Part shown: positions 35,053-44,898 of the stretch, piece by piece
How the letters are laid out: each line of letters opens with the position of its first letter
How positions within the stretch are numbered: the stretch's first letter is position 1
From: an uncultured Thiomicrospira sp.
GTDB taxonomy: Bacteria; Pseudomonadota; Gammaproteobacteria; CAKMZV01
Reading direction: 5' to 3'
DNA length: 64,000 nucleotides
NCBI GenBank assembly: GCA_965195345.1
Contig: OZ239628.1
Span: 1,088,001-1,152,000 of the forward strand
Made by a program: the position numbers and the translations under genes
Notes under the pieces: model-generated
Databases searched by the model: none
Told to the model about the DNA's origin: nothing
What the model saw: the letters and a program-made list of their open reading frames with translations, nothing else

Positions 35053-35514
35053 ATGAAAAAAAATATTCAATTAAAAATTTTAGATAAACGTATCGGAAAT
35101 CAATTTCCAATGCCTAGTTATGCTACTGAAGGATCTGCAGCGATTGACTTGGTCGCTTGCATTGATCAAGCAGTTGATTTAAAAGCTGGAGAATGTCAAC
35201 TAATATCAACGGGTTTGTCTATCTACATACAAGATAAATCCTACGCAGCTTTACTGGTACCTCGATCTGGTCTGGGAGTGCGAGATGGTATCGTTTTAGG
35301 CAATTTAGTTGGTTTAATAGACTCAGACTATCAAGGGCCATTGAAAGTTCCACTATGGAACCGCAGTGATAAAGCGGTGACTATAGAACCAGGTTTACGT
35401 ATGGCTCAAATGTTACTGCTCCCTGTTGCGCAGATGCACTTCGATATTGTAGAAGAATTTGATGAATCAACCAACAGAGGGGTAGGTGGATTTGGCAGTA
35501 CAGGAAAAAAATAA
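35053..35514 (+). CDS. dut: dUTPase
   Basis: [25 protein letters not shown]. Confidence 0.97.
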   Translation: MKKNIQLKILDKRIGNQFPMPSYATEGSAAIDLVACIDQAVDLKAGECQLISTGLSIYIQDKSYAALLVPRSGLGVRDGIVLGNLVGLIDSDYQGPLKVPLWNRSDKAVTIEPGLRMAQMLLLPVAQMHFDIVEEFDESTNRGVGGFGSTGKK

Positions 35515-36229
35515 CATGCTTGAGACGTTAAAAAAAGCAGCGCAGGATTTATTTGCGGCTAAATTTTTATGGCTATCTATTTGGCCATTGGCATTATCAA
35601 TCATTTTTTGGACGAGTGTGTTCTACATTTTTGCTGGCGATTGGAACGTAAGCATAAATCATTTCTACAGTGATACTTGGATAGATGATTTGGGTGAAAC
35701 CAACGGACTCCATTGGTTAACAGCGTATTTGGGCTTTTTTCTTTTATTCCTACTGTGGATGCCTGCAGTTTATATAACGAGTCTATTAATTGTCGCTTTT
35801 TTCATTATGCCTCTCATCATGAAACACGTTTCACAGAATCATTATCCAGAGTTAGAGCAGTATTCAGGCGGAACTTTTATCGGTTCGATCTTTAACACAG
35901 TAATTACAATGATTATCTATTTGTTCTTATGGCTGTTATTATTGCCTTTCTGGTTCTTTCTGCCGCTGGGTTTCGTAATTACGCTTTTTTTGAGCGCTTG
36001 GGTCAACAAGCGTTTATTTGCTTATGAGGCACTTTGTGATTACGCATCAAAAAATGAATTGAGTACATTGAGAAAAGATGGTTTCTGGCTAAGTGCGCTG
36101 TTAGGGTCGATTTATTTCATTCCCTTTTTGAATTTATTTGCCTCTGTTTTCATGGGATTAGCCTTTGCTCATCATTATTTGAAACTATTATCAATGCACA
36201 GACAGTCATCAAATGAGCGTGCCAGATAA
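35486..36229 (+). CDS. EI24/CysZ-like membrane protein
   Basis: Multi-TM protein with HYPELE..GG and IP..NL...V.....F.H pattern. Confidence 0.7.
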   Translation: MDLAVQEKNNMLETLKKAAQDLFAAKFLWLSIWPLALSIIFWTSVFYIFAGDWNVSINHFYSDTWIDDLGETNGLHWLTAYLGFFLLFLLWMPAVYITSLLIVAFFIMPLIMKHVSQNHYPELEQYSGGTFIGSIFNTVITMIIYLFLWLLLLPFWFFLPLGFVITLFLSAWVNKRLFAYEALCDYASKNELSTLRKDGFWLSALLGSIYFIPFLNLFASVFMGLAFAHHYLKLLSMHRQSSNERAR

Positions 36230-36626
36230 ATTGGAACTTGCCATTCAAGGAAAACTGCTTCTGCCCGCACTTAGGAAAACCGATGAGGATAAACTTTTTT
36301 GGGTAGCCGATTCACTTAAAGAAATTTATTTATTATTTCATTATATCCAAAAAATTCAAAAGGATAGCCGCAGAAAAAAATTGATTCTATTAGGTCCAAT
36401 AGAACTCTTGAAACAACCCTTAACACCTGCCAAAATAATAGTGAACGCACCGGATGGAGTCATTGGCGCACTGCCTCTTTTGGAAGATTGGGGAGTTGCT
36501 CACCGTTGTTTTAGCATGAACGAGACGGCTGGCGCGTTTTCAGGTACGAGTAAAGCGTTCGTTAAGTCGTTGAATATTAATGAAAAAGAAATATTTTATT
36601 TATCGATGCTAAACGTTACTCTTTAA
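36213..36626 (+). CDS. hypothetical protein (possible fragment of a ferredoxin-reductase/PyrK-like fold)
   Basis: Operonic ORF; PLLEDWGV..R..S motif; assignment weak. Confidence 0.4.
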   Translation: MSVPDKLELAIQGKLLLPALRKTDEDKLFWVADSLKEIYLLFHYIQKIQKDSRRKKLILLGPIELLKQPLTPAKIIVNAPDGVIGALPLLEDWGVAHRCFSMNETAGAFSGTSKAFVKSLNINEKEIFYLSMLNVTL

Positions 36627-36629
36627 AAG

Positions 36630-37394
36630 TTAATAGCTGACAGTAAGATTAGTGAGGCATGTGCGTTGAATCCATATCGGTATCCACGTATTTAGTTGAG
36701 GTATTCGGTTTCCAAGCGCTTCAAGACTCATTCCACGAATCAATGCTTTGACTGCTAAAGCCTCATTGCGTTCACAGAGGCTTAGACAGACTTTATTGTT
36801 TAAACGGTATATGATGTACCATCCGCCATTTAAACTGTCTACACTCAAATACGGGTGCTCTTCTGCTAGTAAAGCTACATGATCACTATTGATAAAGAAC
36901 GAGGATAACGTATCTTGGAACTCTAAGAAAGTTTTAATAGATTCTTGTGACTGTTGAGCTTCTATCCACTTTTCAACCATTGACATGTCAAATTGAGGTT
37001 GATTTTCAGCATAATAAGTCTTTTCAATGCTTAATTCGCAAGCAGCTAAGGTAATTAAGCCTTTAATTTGTCTTGCGTCTGGGTAAAGTTTTAAGTACTC
37101 AGAAAAATTATCACCATACTCATTCAAATCTTGACTATAGGCACTTTCATTTAAATAATAGTAGTTTGCGATGCCTGTATATACATCACCCAATAACTTT
37201 TTAACGCAAGGGAAACGTGTTCTTAACGCACTAATATGCGCATACTTAACAGTTTTTTTATAAATTTCGTGTCGATTTTCCGAACGAGATTTCTCTGCGA
37301 GATAGCTCTTAAAATTATTCTTTGCATCCGCCACTCGAATCATCTTCCAAAAATCATTTTGTAATTGTTTTAAAGAAGGCGCTTCAGGCTTCAT
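36630..37394 (-). CDS. DUF2063 (BufC/HvfC-like) RiPP partner protein
   Basis: L..LQ..F, L...FP....LLG, L..YG..F; downstream of DUF692. Confidence 0.8.
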   Translation of the reverse strand: MKPEAPSLKQLQNDFWKMIRVADAKNNFKSYLAEKSRSENRHEIYKKTVKYAHISALRTRFPCVKKLLGDVYTGIANYYYLNESAYSQDLNEYGDNFSEYLKLYPDARQIKGLITLAACELSIEKTYYAENQPQFDMSMVEKWIEAQQSQESIKTFLEFQDTLSSFFINSDHVALLAEEHPYLSVDSLNGGWYIIYRLNNKVCLSLCERNEALAVKALIRGMSLEALGNRIPQLNTWIPIWIQRTCLTNLTVSY

Positions 37395-38238
37395 TTTTCA
37401 CTATGTTACGTGCGTAATCAGCTTCCTTATAGAGAGTCATAAAATCTGGTAAATCATTGTCCCATTCAATTAAAGTAGGAATATGATGATTTTCTCGGAT
37501 GAAGCGTGCATATAAATCCCAAACCTTTGGGTGCACTTTATTATTGTGTGCATCGATTAGATACTCATCACAATCTTCAAAACCAGCGAGGTGTATTTCT
37601 GCAATTCGATCGACAGGAATTTTATTAAAATAGTCTTCGATGTCGGTGCCATTATTGTAATGTGCCACGTATATATTATTGATATCAAACAAGATTTTGC
37701 AGTCGGATTCAATTGCCACATTAGCAACAAATTCACCTTCAGTCATAGTGGAATGTTCAAAATTCAAATAAGTTGAAACATTCTCAATTGCAAAAGGACA
37801 TTCGAAATAATCTTGAATTTCTCGTATGCGAGATGCAGCGTGTTTAACCGTTTCTTCAGTATACGGCAAGGGTAACAAATCATGAGCGTGTTGACCATGA
37901 ACACTTGTCCAGCATAAATGATCTGACATGAGCCAAGGATTGACCAATTTTGCCAGTTCCTTCAACTTACGCATGTACTCACGATCTAAAGGATCCGTGC
38001 TTCCTATAGATAAACCAACGGAGTGTTGCGTTATTGGATAGCGCTCAGCGATCATTTGTGCTTCATATAAAGAAGCACCTCCACCGCAAGTGTGATTATC
38101 TGCCAGAATTTCGAACCAATCTATATTGGGATCTTTTTGAAGAACTTCTTTGAAGTGTTGTGACCTAAACCCTAATCCAATGGGCAAAACGTCCGCCCCA
38201 AATATTGAGGCGGACGAAGAATTTTCACCTGATGACAT
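37384..38238 (-). CDS. DUF692 multinuclear non-heme iron oxidase (BufB-like)
   Basis: GLGFR..H, SDHLCW, DLLPLPY, ENVS.Y, EIHLAG, TLIEWD. Confidence 0.93.
   Translation of the reverse strand: MSSGENSSSASIFGADVLPIGLGFRSQHFKEVLQKDPNIDWFEILADNHTCGGGASLYEAQMIAERYPITQHSVGLSIGSTDPLDREYMRKLKELAKLVNPWLMSDHLCWTSVHGQHAHDLLPLPYTEETVKHAASRIREIQDYFECPFAIENVSTYLNFEHSTMTEGEFVANVAIESDCKILFDINNIYVAHYNNGTDIEDYFNKIPVDRIAEIHLAGFEDCDEYLIDAHNNKVHPKVWDLYARFIRENHHIPTLIEWDNDLPDFMTLYKEADYARNIVKNEA
38186..38216 (-). terminator. hairpin with short T tail just after the RiPP precursor gene
   Basis: CGTCCGCC...GGCGGACG stem followed by TTTT on the minus strand. Confidence 0.5.
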
Positions 38239-38241
38239 TAA

Positions 38242-38538
38242 TTACTTAGCTTTTTTAACTAAAGCAACTTTACCACCAGTGATTTTGGAACAAGTTCCTT
38301 GAGGAACGTAGACCCACTCACTATCAAGGTTAGTAGATTTAGCTTGTCCAGCACAAGCATGCTTGCCATCAAGAGCGCCGCAATCATTCTTTCCAGCTTT
38401 TGCAATACCTGCACACTTTTCCCATGCTTTAGGTGCATCAGGAACGGCTGCATTTGCGCTAGATGCCAATAATAGTCCAGCAGTGAAAACACTAGCTAGT
38501 GTTACTTTTGCGATATTTCTATCCATCAGATTCTCCAA
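38242..38538 (-). CDS. DUF2282 (BufA1-like) secreted Cys-rich precursor peptide
   Basis: Signal peptide, [13 protein letters not shown]...H.CAGQ...EW.YVP.GTC.KI.GG. Confidence 0.9.
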   Translation of the reverse strand: MENLMDRNIAKVTLASVFTAGLLLASSANAAVPDAPKAWEKCAGIAKAGKNDCGALDGKHACAGQAKSTNLDSEWVYVPQGTCSKITGGKVALVKKAK

Positions 38539-38628
38539 TTTAGAGTTATAAAAAATAGCAATTCTAATTGCTCTCAGTCTACTAAGACGATAAAAAGTGA
38601 CTATTACCCCGTAAAAGAATGGAAAAAA

Positions 38629-39222
38629 TCATCTATTCAGTAAAATAGAGCGCACATAATACAAAGCAAACAATGAACGCGCTTCTGTTACATCATCACG
38701 CAGCACTAAACTTTCTATACTGTTTAAGTCAATAGGGCACACTTCAAGTTGTTCGGGTTCATCGCCTACAAGAGGAGAAAAATAAAGGTCTTCAAGCATA
38801 ACAATATGCGTCATGTGTGTCATGTATCCAGGCGATAAGCTAACACTTTTAAGATATGTCGCTTTTTTTGCACCGTAGCCAGTCTCTTCTTGACTTTCTC
38901 TACAGGCGGCTTTGACGGGGGTTTCATGCTCTTCGATATGTCCTTTCGGTAATGCCCACTCGTATTGAGCATTACCTGCACAATATTCACGTATGATCAA
39001 TGCTTCGAAATTATCGGTAATAGGGACTGCAAGAACAGAACCTTTTTTACTGCCAAGAGCACGCCTGAATTGTCTTCTCTCTCCGTTACTAAAGCACAAA
39101 TCCTGCACCTCTAACCGATAATTGGAATGATTAATTAGGAGTTCTGAGCGTTCAACAGTCGGCAGTGTGTGTTTTAAGTCAAGGTTTTTTTGTATTTTAG
39201 GCAGTCTGTTTTCATTATCCAT
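38629..39222 (-). CDS. nudE: ADP compounds hydrolase (Nudix)
   Basis: L.FSNG.RR, REY.AG, LPKG...AA.RE.QEE.G, GDEPE. Confidence 0.85.
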   Translation of the reverse strand: MDNENRLPKIQKNLDLKHTLPTVERSELLINHSNYRLEVQDLCFSNGERRQFRRALGSKKGSVLAVPITDNFEALIIREYCAGNAQYEWALPKGHIEEHETPVKAACRESQEETGYGAKKATYLKSVSLSPGYMTHMTHIVMLEDLYFSPLVGDEPEQLEVCPIDLNSIESLVLRDDVTEARSLFALYYVRSILLNR

Positions 39223-39327
39223 TAAGCTATAATACCAGATAAATTAGTGGCAGGCGGGAAAAGCTATTCAGAATGACTTCGTCATTTCACTCGTCAGCAA
39301 AATATTATTATCCTAATCTGAATATCA

Positions 39328-40092
39328 ATGCTCAAAGTCCTTTCTATAAACTGTAATGGTATCCGTGCTGCATACAAAAAAGATTTTTTTGCATGGGTTG
39401 CTAGCATGGATTGTGATGTTCTTTGCCTACAGGAAGTACGTGCAGATAAAGAAGTTTTAGCGGATGAAAAATTCACTTTAAATGGATACGTGCATCATCA
39501 TGTGGTTGCAGAAAAGAAAGGCTACAGTGGTGTTAGCATCTACAGCCGTTTAAAAATAGATAAAGTAGTTAGTGCTTGCAATAACACCGTAATGACGGTA
39601 GAAGGCCGATGGATTGAAGTAATTATAGGAAAACTGCATATCGTATCTCTCTATTTGCCGTCAGGTTCATCTGGAGATATTGCACAGTGTAAAAAAAATA
39701 AAATTCTCGATTGGCTATTGCCTGAACTTCAGAAAAAACAGGACGATGGCGATTCATGGATTATATGTGGTGACTTTAATATAGCGCATACTAACAAAGA
39801 TATAAAAAATTGGCGTGGAAATCAAAAGAACTCGGGATTTTTACCGCATGAAAGGGCTTGGTTGGATGCAGTGTTCTCTATGGGATGGGTTGATGTTTTT
39901 AGAACGTTGAATAACGAGGAGCATCAATACACTTGGTGGTCCAATCGAGGACAAGCATGGGCAAACAATGTTGGGTGGCGTATTGATTATCAAATAACTA
40001 CAAAGGATATGGCAGAGAAAGCGCAAAGCGTTGAAATTTATAAAAATAAGCGTTTTTCAGATCATGCTCCTTTAATAATAAAATATGATTGA
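39328..40092 (+). CDS. second exodeoxyribonuclease III family protein (ExoA/Crc-like subgroup)
   Basis: NCNGIRA, LQEV, YTWWSNRG, GWRIDY, SDHAP. Confidence 0.9.
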   Translation: MLKVLSINCNGIRAAYKKDFFAWVASMDCDVLCLQEVRADKEVLADEKFTLNGYVHHHVVAEKKGYSGVSIYSRLKIDKVVSACNNTVMTVEGRWIEVIIGKLHIVSLYLPSGSSGDIAQCKKNKILDWLLPELQKKQDDGDSWIICGDFNIAHTNKDIKNWRGNQKNSGFLPHERAWLDAVFSMGWVDVFRTLNNEEHQYTWWSNRGQAWANNVGWRIDYQITTKDMAEKAQSVEIYKNKRFSDHAPLIIKYD

Positions 40093-40945
40093 CATGATAA
40101 AAGAAAACGAAACATATAATCGACAAACAATTTTAGGAAAACGAGTAGCAGCCCCCAAAGAACGTACTGCCGAAGTGCTTCAAGCCATCCCCAGAGAGGA
40201 ACAACGCAATAAAATCAGTTTAGATTTTAATTTCAAGGGCACAGATCTCTGGAATGTATGGGATGCTTACTGGGTAGATTGCAATAATCAAGCCCATTGC
40301 TGCTTGTTACAACTTGAAATTGACGCATCTTCAAAGTATATCGTCGAATCCAAATCTCTCAAGCATTATTTAGAAGGGATTACTTGGATAAAATTTGAAA
40401 ATGAAGAGGCATATCTTAAAGTTATCGTTCAAGATTTGAGCGAATGTTTAAAGGATAGCGTTGTTGCTAAATTGATCCCTCCGCTCGGTGTTATACGCAC
40501 AGCAACCCCTGGGTTGAATTTGGATAACTCTTTACTTGAAGGAAGAGTTGATAATTTCTGCTATAACAAAGAATTACTTAAGTTTTCAAAAAAGGAAGTG
40601 GAAAGCAAAGAACATATAAATAAAGTATGTATATACAACACGGATACTTTTCGCAGCCTTTGTCCCGTAACCAATCAACCCGACTACGCAACGGTTGTGA
40701 TTGCTTCCGTTGGAGAAATTATTGATCCAGAGAACTTATTGAGATATTTACAAAGTTATCGTAATCATACGGGATTTCACGAAAACTGTTGCGAACGCAT
40801 TTTTGATGATTTGCGCAACACCTTTTCTTTCGAGCGTTTATCTGTGATTATGGCTTTTAGTCGCAGAGGTGGCATCGATATAACGCCAATGCGTTGGCTT
40901 GATGGTCAGCCAAAGCCGGAGATAGGGCATCTATGGCGACAGTAA
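40085..40945 (+). CDS. queF: 7-cyano-7-deazaguanine reductase
   Basis: VESKSLK.YL, SLCPVT.QPD, FHE.C.ERIF, RRGGIDI.P. Confidence 0.9.
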   Translation: MIDMIKENETYNRQTILGKRVAAPKERTAEVLQAIPREEQRNKISLDFNFKGTDLWNVWDAYWVDCNNQAHCCLLQLEIDASSKYIVESKSLKHYLEGITWIKFENEEAYLKVIVQDLSECLKDSVVAKLIPPLGVIRTATPGLNLDNSLLEGRVDNFCYNKELLKFSKKEVESKEHINKVCIYNTDTFRSLCPVTNQPDYATVVIASVGEIIDPENLLRYLQSYRNHTGFHENCCERIFDDLRNTFSFERLSVIMAFSRRGGIDITPMRWLDGQPKPEIGHLWRQ

Positions 40946-41009
40946 TCCTATAATGAGTCTTACAGTGGTTTCATGAGTGAATATGCGTACGATCTCATGA
41001 ACATCGTGG

Positions 41010-41627
41010 CTATACAGGCAAATGATTTAACCCAATTAAATACGTTTCACGCGAGTTTTTACGCGATGATTCAGGCTTAATTGTTTTGACTTGCTTAAAT
41101 TGCTTACGAACTGAAGCCAATAAGGGCTCAAAGCCTTCTCCATGAAAGCTTTTCATAATCAAATAACCTTCTTTTTTTAGAATAGATTGAGTCAATTCAA
41201 GTACTAACTCACATAAATACATACTCTTAGGCATATCAACAGACTTGTTCCCACTCATGTTTGGTGCCATATCCGACATAATAAGATCAACACGAGAGTC
41301 GCCAACGCTCTCGAGAATTTTAGCGAGCGTTTCATCTTCGATAAAATTGCCTTGAATGAAAGATACACGTGCTAACGAGTCCATTTCTAATAAATCACAA
41401 CCTACAATTTTTGCATTAGAGTGATTTACAGCATACTGAGACCATCCGCCAGGAGAACAACCTAAGTCGACTATTGAGTTGCAATTTTTAATTATTTTAT
41501 ATTTGAGGTCAATTTCTTGTAATTTAAACAAGGACCTTGAGCGGTATCCAGCTTTCTTCGCCTCTTTTACATAAGGGTCACTATGCTGCCTATTTAACCA
41601 CCGTTGAGAGCTTACTGAGCGTGCCAT
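41010..41627 (-). CDS. rlmE: 23S rRNA Um2552 methyltransferase
   Basis: YRSRS.FKL, DLGCSPGGWSQ, SDMAPN. Confidence 0.96.
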   Translation of the reverse strand: MARSVSSQRWLNRQHSDPYVKEAKKAGYRSRSLFKLQEIDLKYKIIKNCNSIVDLGCSPGGWSQYAVNHSNAKIVGCDLLEMDSLARVSFIQGNFIEDETLAKILESVGDSRVDLIMSDMAPNMSGNKSVDMPKSMYLCELVLELTQSILKKEGYLIMKSFHGEGFEPLLASVRKQFKQVKTIKPESSRKNSRETYLIGLNHLPV

Positions 41628-41639
41628 ACATTATGTAGG

Positions 41640-41942
41640 TTATTTTGAAGGCAAAGCGATTAGAGGTTTTTTTTCATTTCGGCGATACAGCAGGCACATC
41701 TTCCCAATCTTTTGCACTAAGGACGCATTTAGTTTATTTGATAATGCTGTTATTTGGCCCTCTCTTAATTCGCGTGTTTCTTCAGAAATACGAATTTTAA
41801 TCAATTCATGCGTAACCAACATATTATCAGCCTCGCCAATAAAACTCTCTGAAAGACCTTTATCTCCCAAACGCATCAAAGGCGTTTTTGTATTATGTCC
41901 AATTTGAAGTAAATGTCTAATTTGATTCTTAGTTAATTGCAT
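41640..41942 (-). CDS. yhbY: CRM-domain RNA-binding protein
   Basis: G.KGL, HELIKI, QKIG...LYR. Confidence 0.9.
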   Translation of the reverse strand: MQLTKNQIRHLLQIGHNTKTPLMRLGDKGLSESFIGEADNMLVTHELIKIRISEETRELREGQITALSNKLNASLVQKIGKMCLLYRRNEKKPLIALPSK

Positions 41943-41944
41943 GT

Positions 41945-43132
41945 TTAAAACCGGATGTCGTTTATTATGTCGTCTATATGCTCAAGTCCAACAGAGATTC
42001 GAATCATATTTTCTGAAATTCCTGCATTTTCTCGCTCTTGCGCACTCATTCTCCAATGCGTTGTTGTTGCTGGATGCGTAATCGTGCTTTTAGCGTCACC
42101 GAGATTTGCCGTAATAGAAAGAAGTTGACATCTATTTATAAGAGTCCAAGCCTCTTTTCTATCTCCCTTCACCTGAAAGGATAACACACCACCACCGCCA
42201 TCAGGATGCTGTTTTTTTGCCAGCTCTCTTTGAGGATGTGAAGGTAGGGCGGAATAATTAACTTGCTCTACTTGTGGCTGTTCTTGTAACCACAACGCTA
42301 AAGCCAACGCATTATCGCAATGTTTTTGCATACGCAGTGACAATGTTTCAAGGCTTTTGGCAAGCACCCAAGAATTGAAAGCATTCAATCCAGTGCCAGC
42401 GGTACGAACTACACTGTATTGTTCTTTATACAAACTTTCTTGATTAGTAATTAATGCTCCCCCCAAACAACGGCCCTGACCATCGATGAATTTAGTGGCG
42501 GAATGCATTACAACGTCTGCACCAAATTTCAAAGGTTTTTGTAAATGAGGCGTGCAAAAACAATTATCTACAACTAAAAGTGCGTTATTCTCATGCGCAA
42601 TATCAGCCAATACTTGTAAATCCGCTATTTCAGCTGTTGGATTAGCAGGTGTTTCGCAAAATAAAATTTTCGTATCCGAACAAATAGCATCTCGCCACTC
42701 TTGTGCTTCGGACAAAGGTACAAAAGTGGTTTTAATAGCGAATTGCGCCATTAAGTCCCTAAAAAGTCCAATGGTCGTGCCAAAAACGCAATCGGCACAA
42801 ACAACATGATCCCCGCTTTTAAGGTGAGCAAGAGCCATAGTCAAAATAGCCGACATTCCTGTATTTGTCGCTATCCCATAGCTACCTTCTTCTAAAATTG
42901 CTAATCTTCGAGAAAACGTGCTTTCATTGGGATTGCTAAAGCGTGCATATATATTGCCTTCTTCATCGCCTCTAAAACGAGCCGCTGCTTGTTGCGCATC
43001 CTTGAAAACAAAGCTGGAAGTTAAATAAACAGGTTCTGAATGCTCTCCGTGGGGCGAACTTTCAGAGCGCGTTCTCACCGCGCGTGTTTGGCTGTGATAT
43101 TTGCTATAATCTTTTGGACTATTTGAACTCAT
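41945..43132 (-). CDS. metZ: O-succinylhomoserine sulfhydrylase
   Basis: EHSE..YLTSSF, Y.RF.NP, HSATKFIDGQGR.LGG, HPATTTH. Confidence 0.93.
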   Translation of the reverse strand: MSSNSPKDYSKYHSQTRAVRTRSESSPHGEHSEPVYLTSSFVFKDAQQAAARFRGDEEGNIYARFSNPNESTFSRRLAILEEGSYGIATNTGMSAILTMALAHLKSGDHVVCADCVFGTTIGLFRDLMAQFAIKTTFVPLSEAQEWRDAICSDTKILFCETPANPTAEIADLQVLADIAHENNALLVVDNCFCTPHLQKPLKFGADVVMHSATKFIDGQGRCLGGALITNQESLYKEQYSVVRTAGTGLNAFNSWVLAKSLETLSLRMQKHCDNALALALWLQEQPQVEQVNYSALPSHPQRELAKKQHPDGGGGVLSFQVKGDRKEAWTLINRCQLLSITANLGDAKSTITHPATTTHWRMSAQERENAGISENMIRISVGLEHIDDIINDIRF

Positions 43133-43234
43133 ATGCCTTATTGTACCTTGCTTTCAAAACTTCGTTAGTTGAATGGGGATGTCTTCATTTTTTTAAAATC
43201 ATCCTGAAATTCAAAAAAACTGCGCCTGCGTGAT

Positions 43235-44386
43235 CTACAAGCGCTTCTTTTTCATGGCATTGTGCCATTCATCTTCTTCAATATGTAAGTAGCGTTGCGT
43301 CGTTTCAAGGCTCTCGTGTCTTGCTGTTGCTTTAAGAAACCGCATATCAACACCGCTATCGGCTAAATGTGTCAAACCAGTGTGTCGCAACCAATGTGTA
43401 GAGGTTTTTCTCAATCGCTCAGCTTCATAAGGATCAACGTGTTCAAGCTCTAATGCAGCTTCAGCAACGCAACCTTTGACAATTCTATAAACCATATCCG
43501 CTGTTATCGCACGAGTTCCATCCAGTGAAGTGAGCAAAGGTTCATGGGAAGAGGGGGTAGGGGTGGCAGGTAGATTGCGGTGTAGTCGATAACGCTCTAA
43601 CGATTTCATCATCTCTTCTGATACGGGGACTTTCCTTGTTTTATTACCTTTTCCATGAATAAGCCACCACCAATTACCCCTGTCTTTGTAAAAACTACTC
43701 ATAGAATGCTTTACCACTTCGCTAACACGAGGCATCTGTAAATAAAGTAATGCAAATAAAAAACGCATTCGTTCCTTTTTGGCGATTTCTTTGGGGTCAT
43801 TAGATTGCTTACTTTCAATAAAGCGCCAAAGGAAATCCCACAGTTCCCGTGGTAGATAGCGCTCAATAGTTGCACGTTTGTCAACATTTCTACGGCCACT
43901 TTTTCCCATCAAGCGTATAGGATTACCTCTGAGATACCCTGCGTCAGTGAGGAATGAGAAACAACGTCCAAGAATAGTTAAAGCTAATTCGCGACTGGGA
44001 TCAGATAATGGACCAGAAAAAGGTTTCCAATGTTTATGATGTCGCGGGCGTTTTGGTCCACACCAAACTTCTGCTGGTGACGGATTACGCATAAAGCGCC
44101 AATAAGCGGTTATGTCCTCAACATCAAGGCTTGATATTGGCTTTCGGCAATCTACCAAGCACCAGCGATACAAACGTTCGACTTCTTTGCGATAGCTTCG
44201 GAAAGTTTGCGGTGAGTCTCGATATAAATTCAACCACGCCCCAATGGCTTCCAAATCATCATCCGCTTTAATCAAAGAAGATGGGGTGGCATTTCGATTA
44301 GTACCGAAACGGCCATTGAGCGTGTCAGGGAGAGTTAATGGCGTTTCAATGGGTTTGATAAGATCTTTGGAATTGTGCATGCGCAT
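43235..44386 (-). CDS. tyrosine recombinase (Xer-like/TnpS-like resolvase type)
   Basis: SAM-like N-terminus (T.RSYRKEVER), catalytic R (PRVSE), K (GKGNK), HWLRH, RH, TQRY all intact. Confidence 0.93.
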   Translation of the reverse strand: MRMHNSKDLIKPIETPLTLPDTLNGRFGTNRNATPSSLIKADDDLEAIGAWLNLYRDSPQTFRSYRKEVERLYRWCLVDCRKPISSLDVEDITAYWRFMRNPSPAEVWCGPKRPRHHKHWKPFSGPLSDPSRELALTILGRCFSFLTDAGYLRGNPIRLMGKSGRRNVDKRATIERYLPRELWDFLWRFIESKQSNDPKEIAKKERMRFLFALLYLQMPRVSEVVKHSMSSFYKDRGNWWWLIHGKGNKTRKVPVSEEMMKSLERYRLHRNLPATPTPSSHEPLLTSLDGTRAITADMVYRIVKGCVAEAALELEHVDPYEAERLRKTSTHWLRHTGLTHLADSGVDMRFLKATARHESLETTQRYLHIEEDEWHNAMKKKRL

Positions 44387-44442
44387 CTCATTAAATTTTC
44401 AATTTAATGATTATAACATCTTGTTAAAAAAGAATATATGTA

Positions 44443-44470
44443 ATTCGTGATTATGAAGATAATCACGAAT
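44443..44470. other. palindromic 11-6-11 recombination site (site A; attL of prophage 1)
   Basis: ATTCGTGATTA-TGAAGA-TAATCACGAAT, perfect inverted arms; the tandem duplication begins inside it. Confidence 0.85.
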
Positions 44471-44856
44471 GGAGGCTAAAAACTGCCGGATATTTAAGCA
44501 ATGAAAACGGAAATAATCGATCAAATTATGAACCGCTTATATCGTTCGAATCTTCTAAAAAATCACGGGTCAAGGAAATGATTGTTGATGAACTTGGTGA
44601 AGTTGGTGCAAATGCTTTAGAACAGCTATACAACAAGTATTTGCGCCCTTATGACGTTAATCAAATAGGCATAAATGGGATATATAGAATTATTAATAAA
44701 TTTGATGCCTCATTCCTCTCTACTTTCGCTTTTAGATTGAAAACAAAAGAATACAGCTTTATCGCTAACGTGATCGCCGACATGCTACGCACGGACGAAT
44801 TAGGCGGTGATGAAACAATGGATATTCCTGTTTTTACCGCCGTGAAAATAGCCTAA
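44455..44856 (+). CDS. 133-codon reading frame open from the att core; candidate alternative repressor C-terminus (ORF track calls 44578-44856)
   Basis: No stop between GAA 44455 and ATG 44578; no start codon upstream; conserved in copy 2. Confidence 0.65.
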   Translation, partial: EDNHEWRLKTAGYLSNENGNNRSNYEPLISFESSKKSRVKEMIVDELGEVGANALEQLYNKYLRPYDVNQIGINGIYRIINKFDASFLSTFAFRLKTKEYSFIANVIADMLRTDELGGDETMDIPVFTAVKIA

Positions 44857-44878
44857 AGCCCCAATATAACGGGGCTTT
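44855..44878. terminator. bidirectional terminator-like hairpin
   Basis: AAAGCCCC-N8-GGGGCTTT between convergent frames. Confidence 0.7.
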
Positions 44879-44898
44879 CAGCGTTCTAAACCTTTGAT

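Noticed and set aside
515-42809. Many short ORFs overlapping housekeeping genes on the opposite strand or frame
   Set aside because: No motifs or RBS; explained as shadows of well-supported genes.
44401-44470. Canonical XerCD dif site
   Set aside because: No TTATGTTAAAT XerD arm; only loose AT-rich similarity at 44402-44429.
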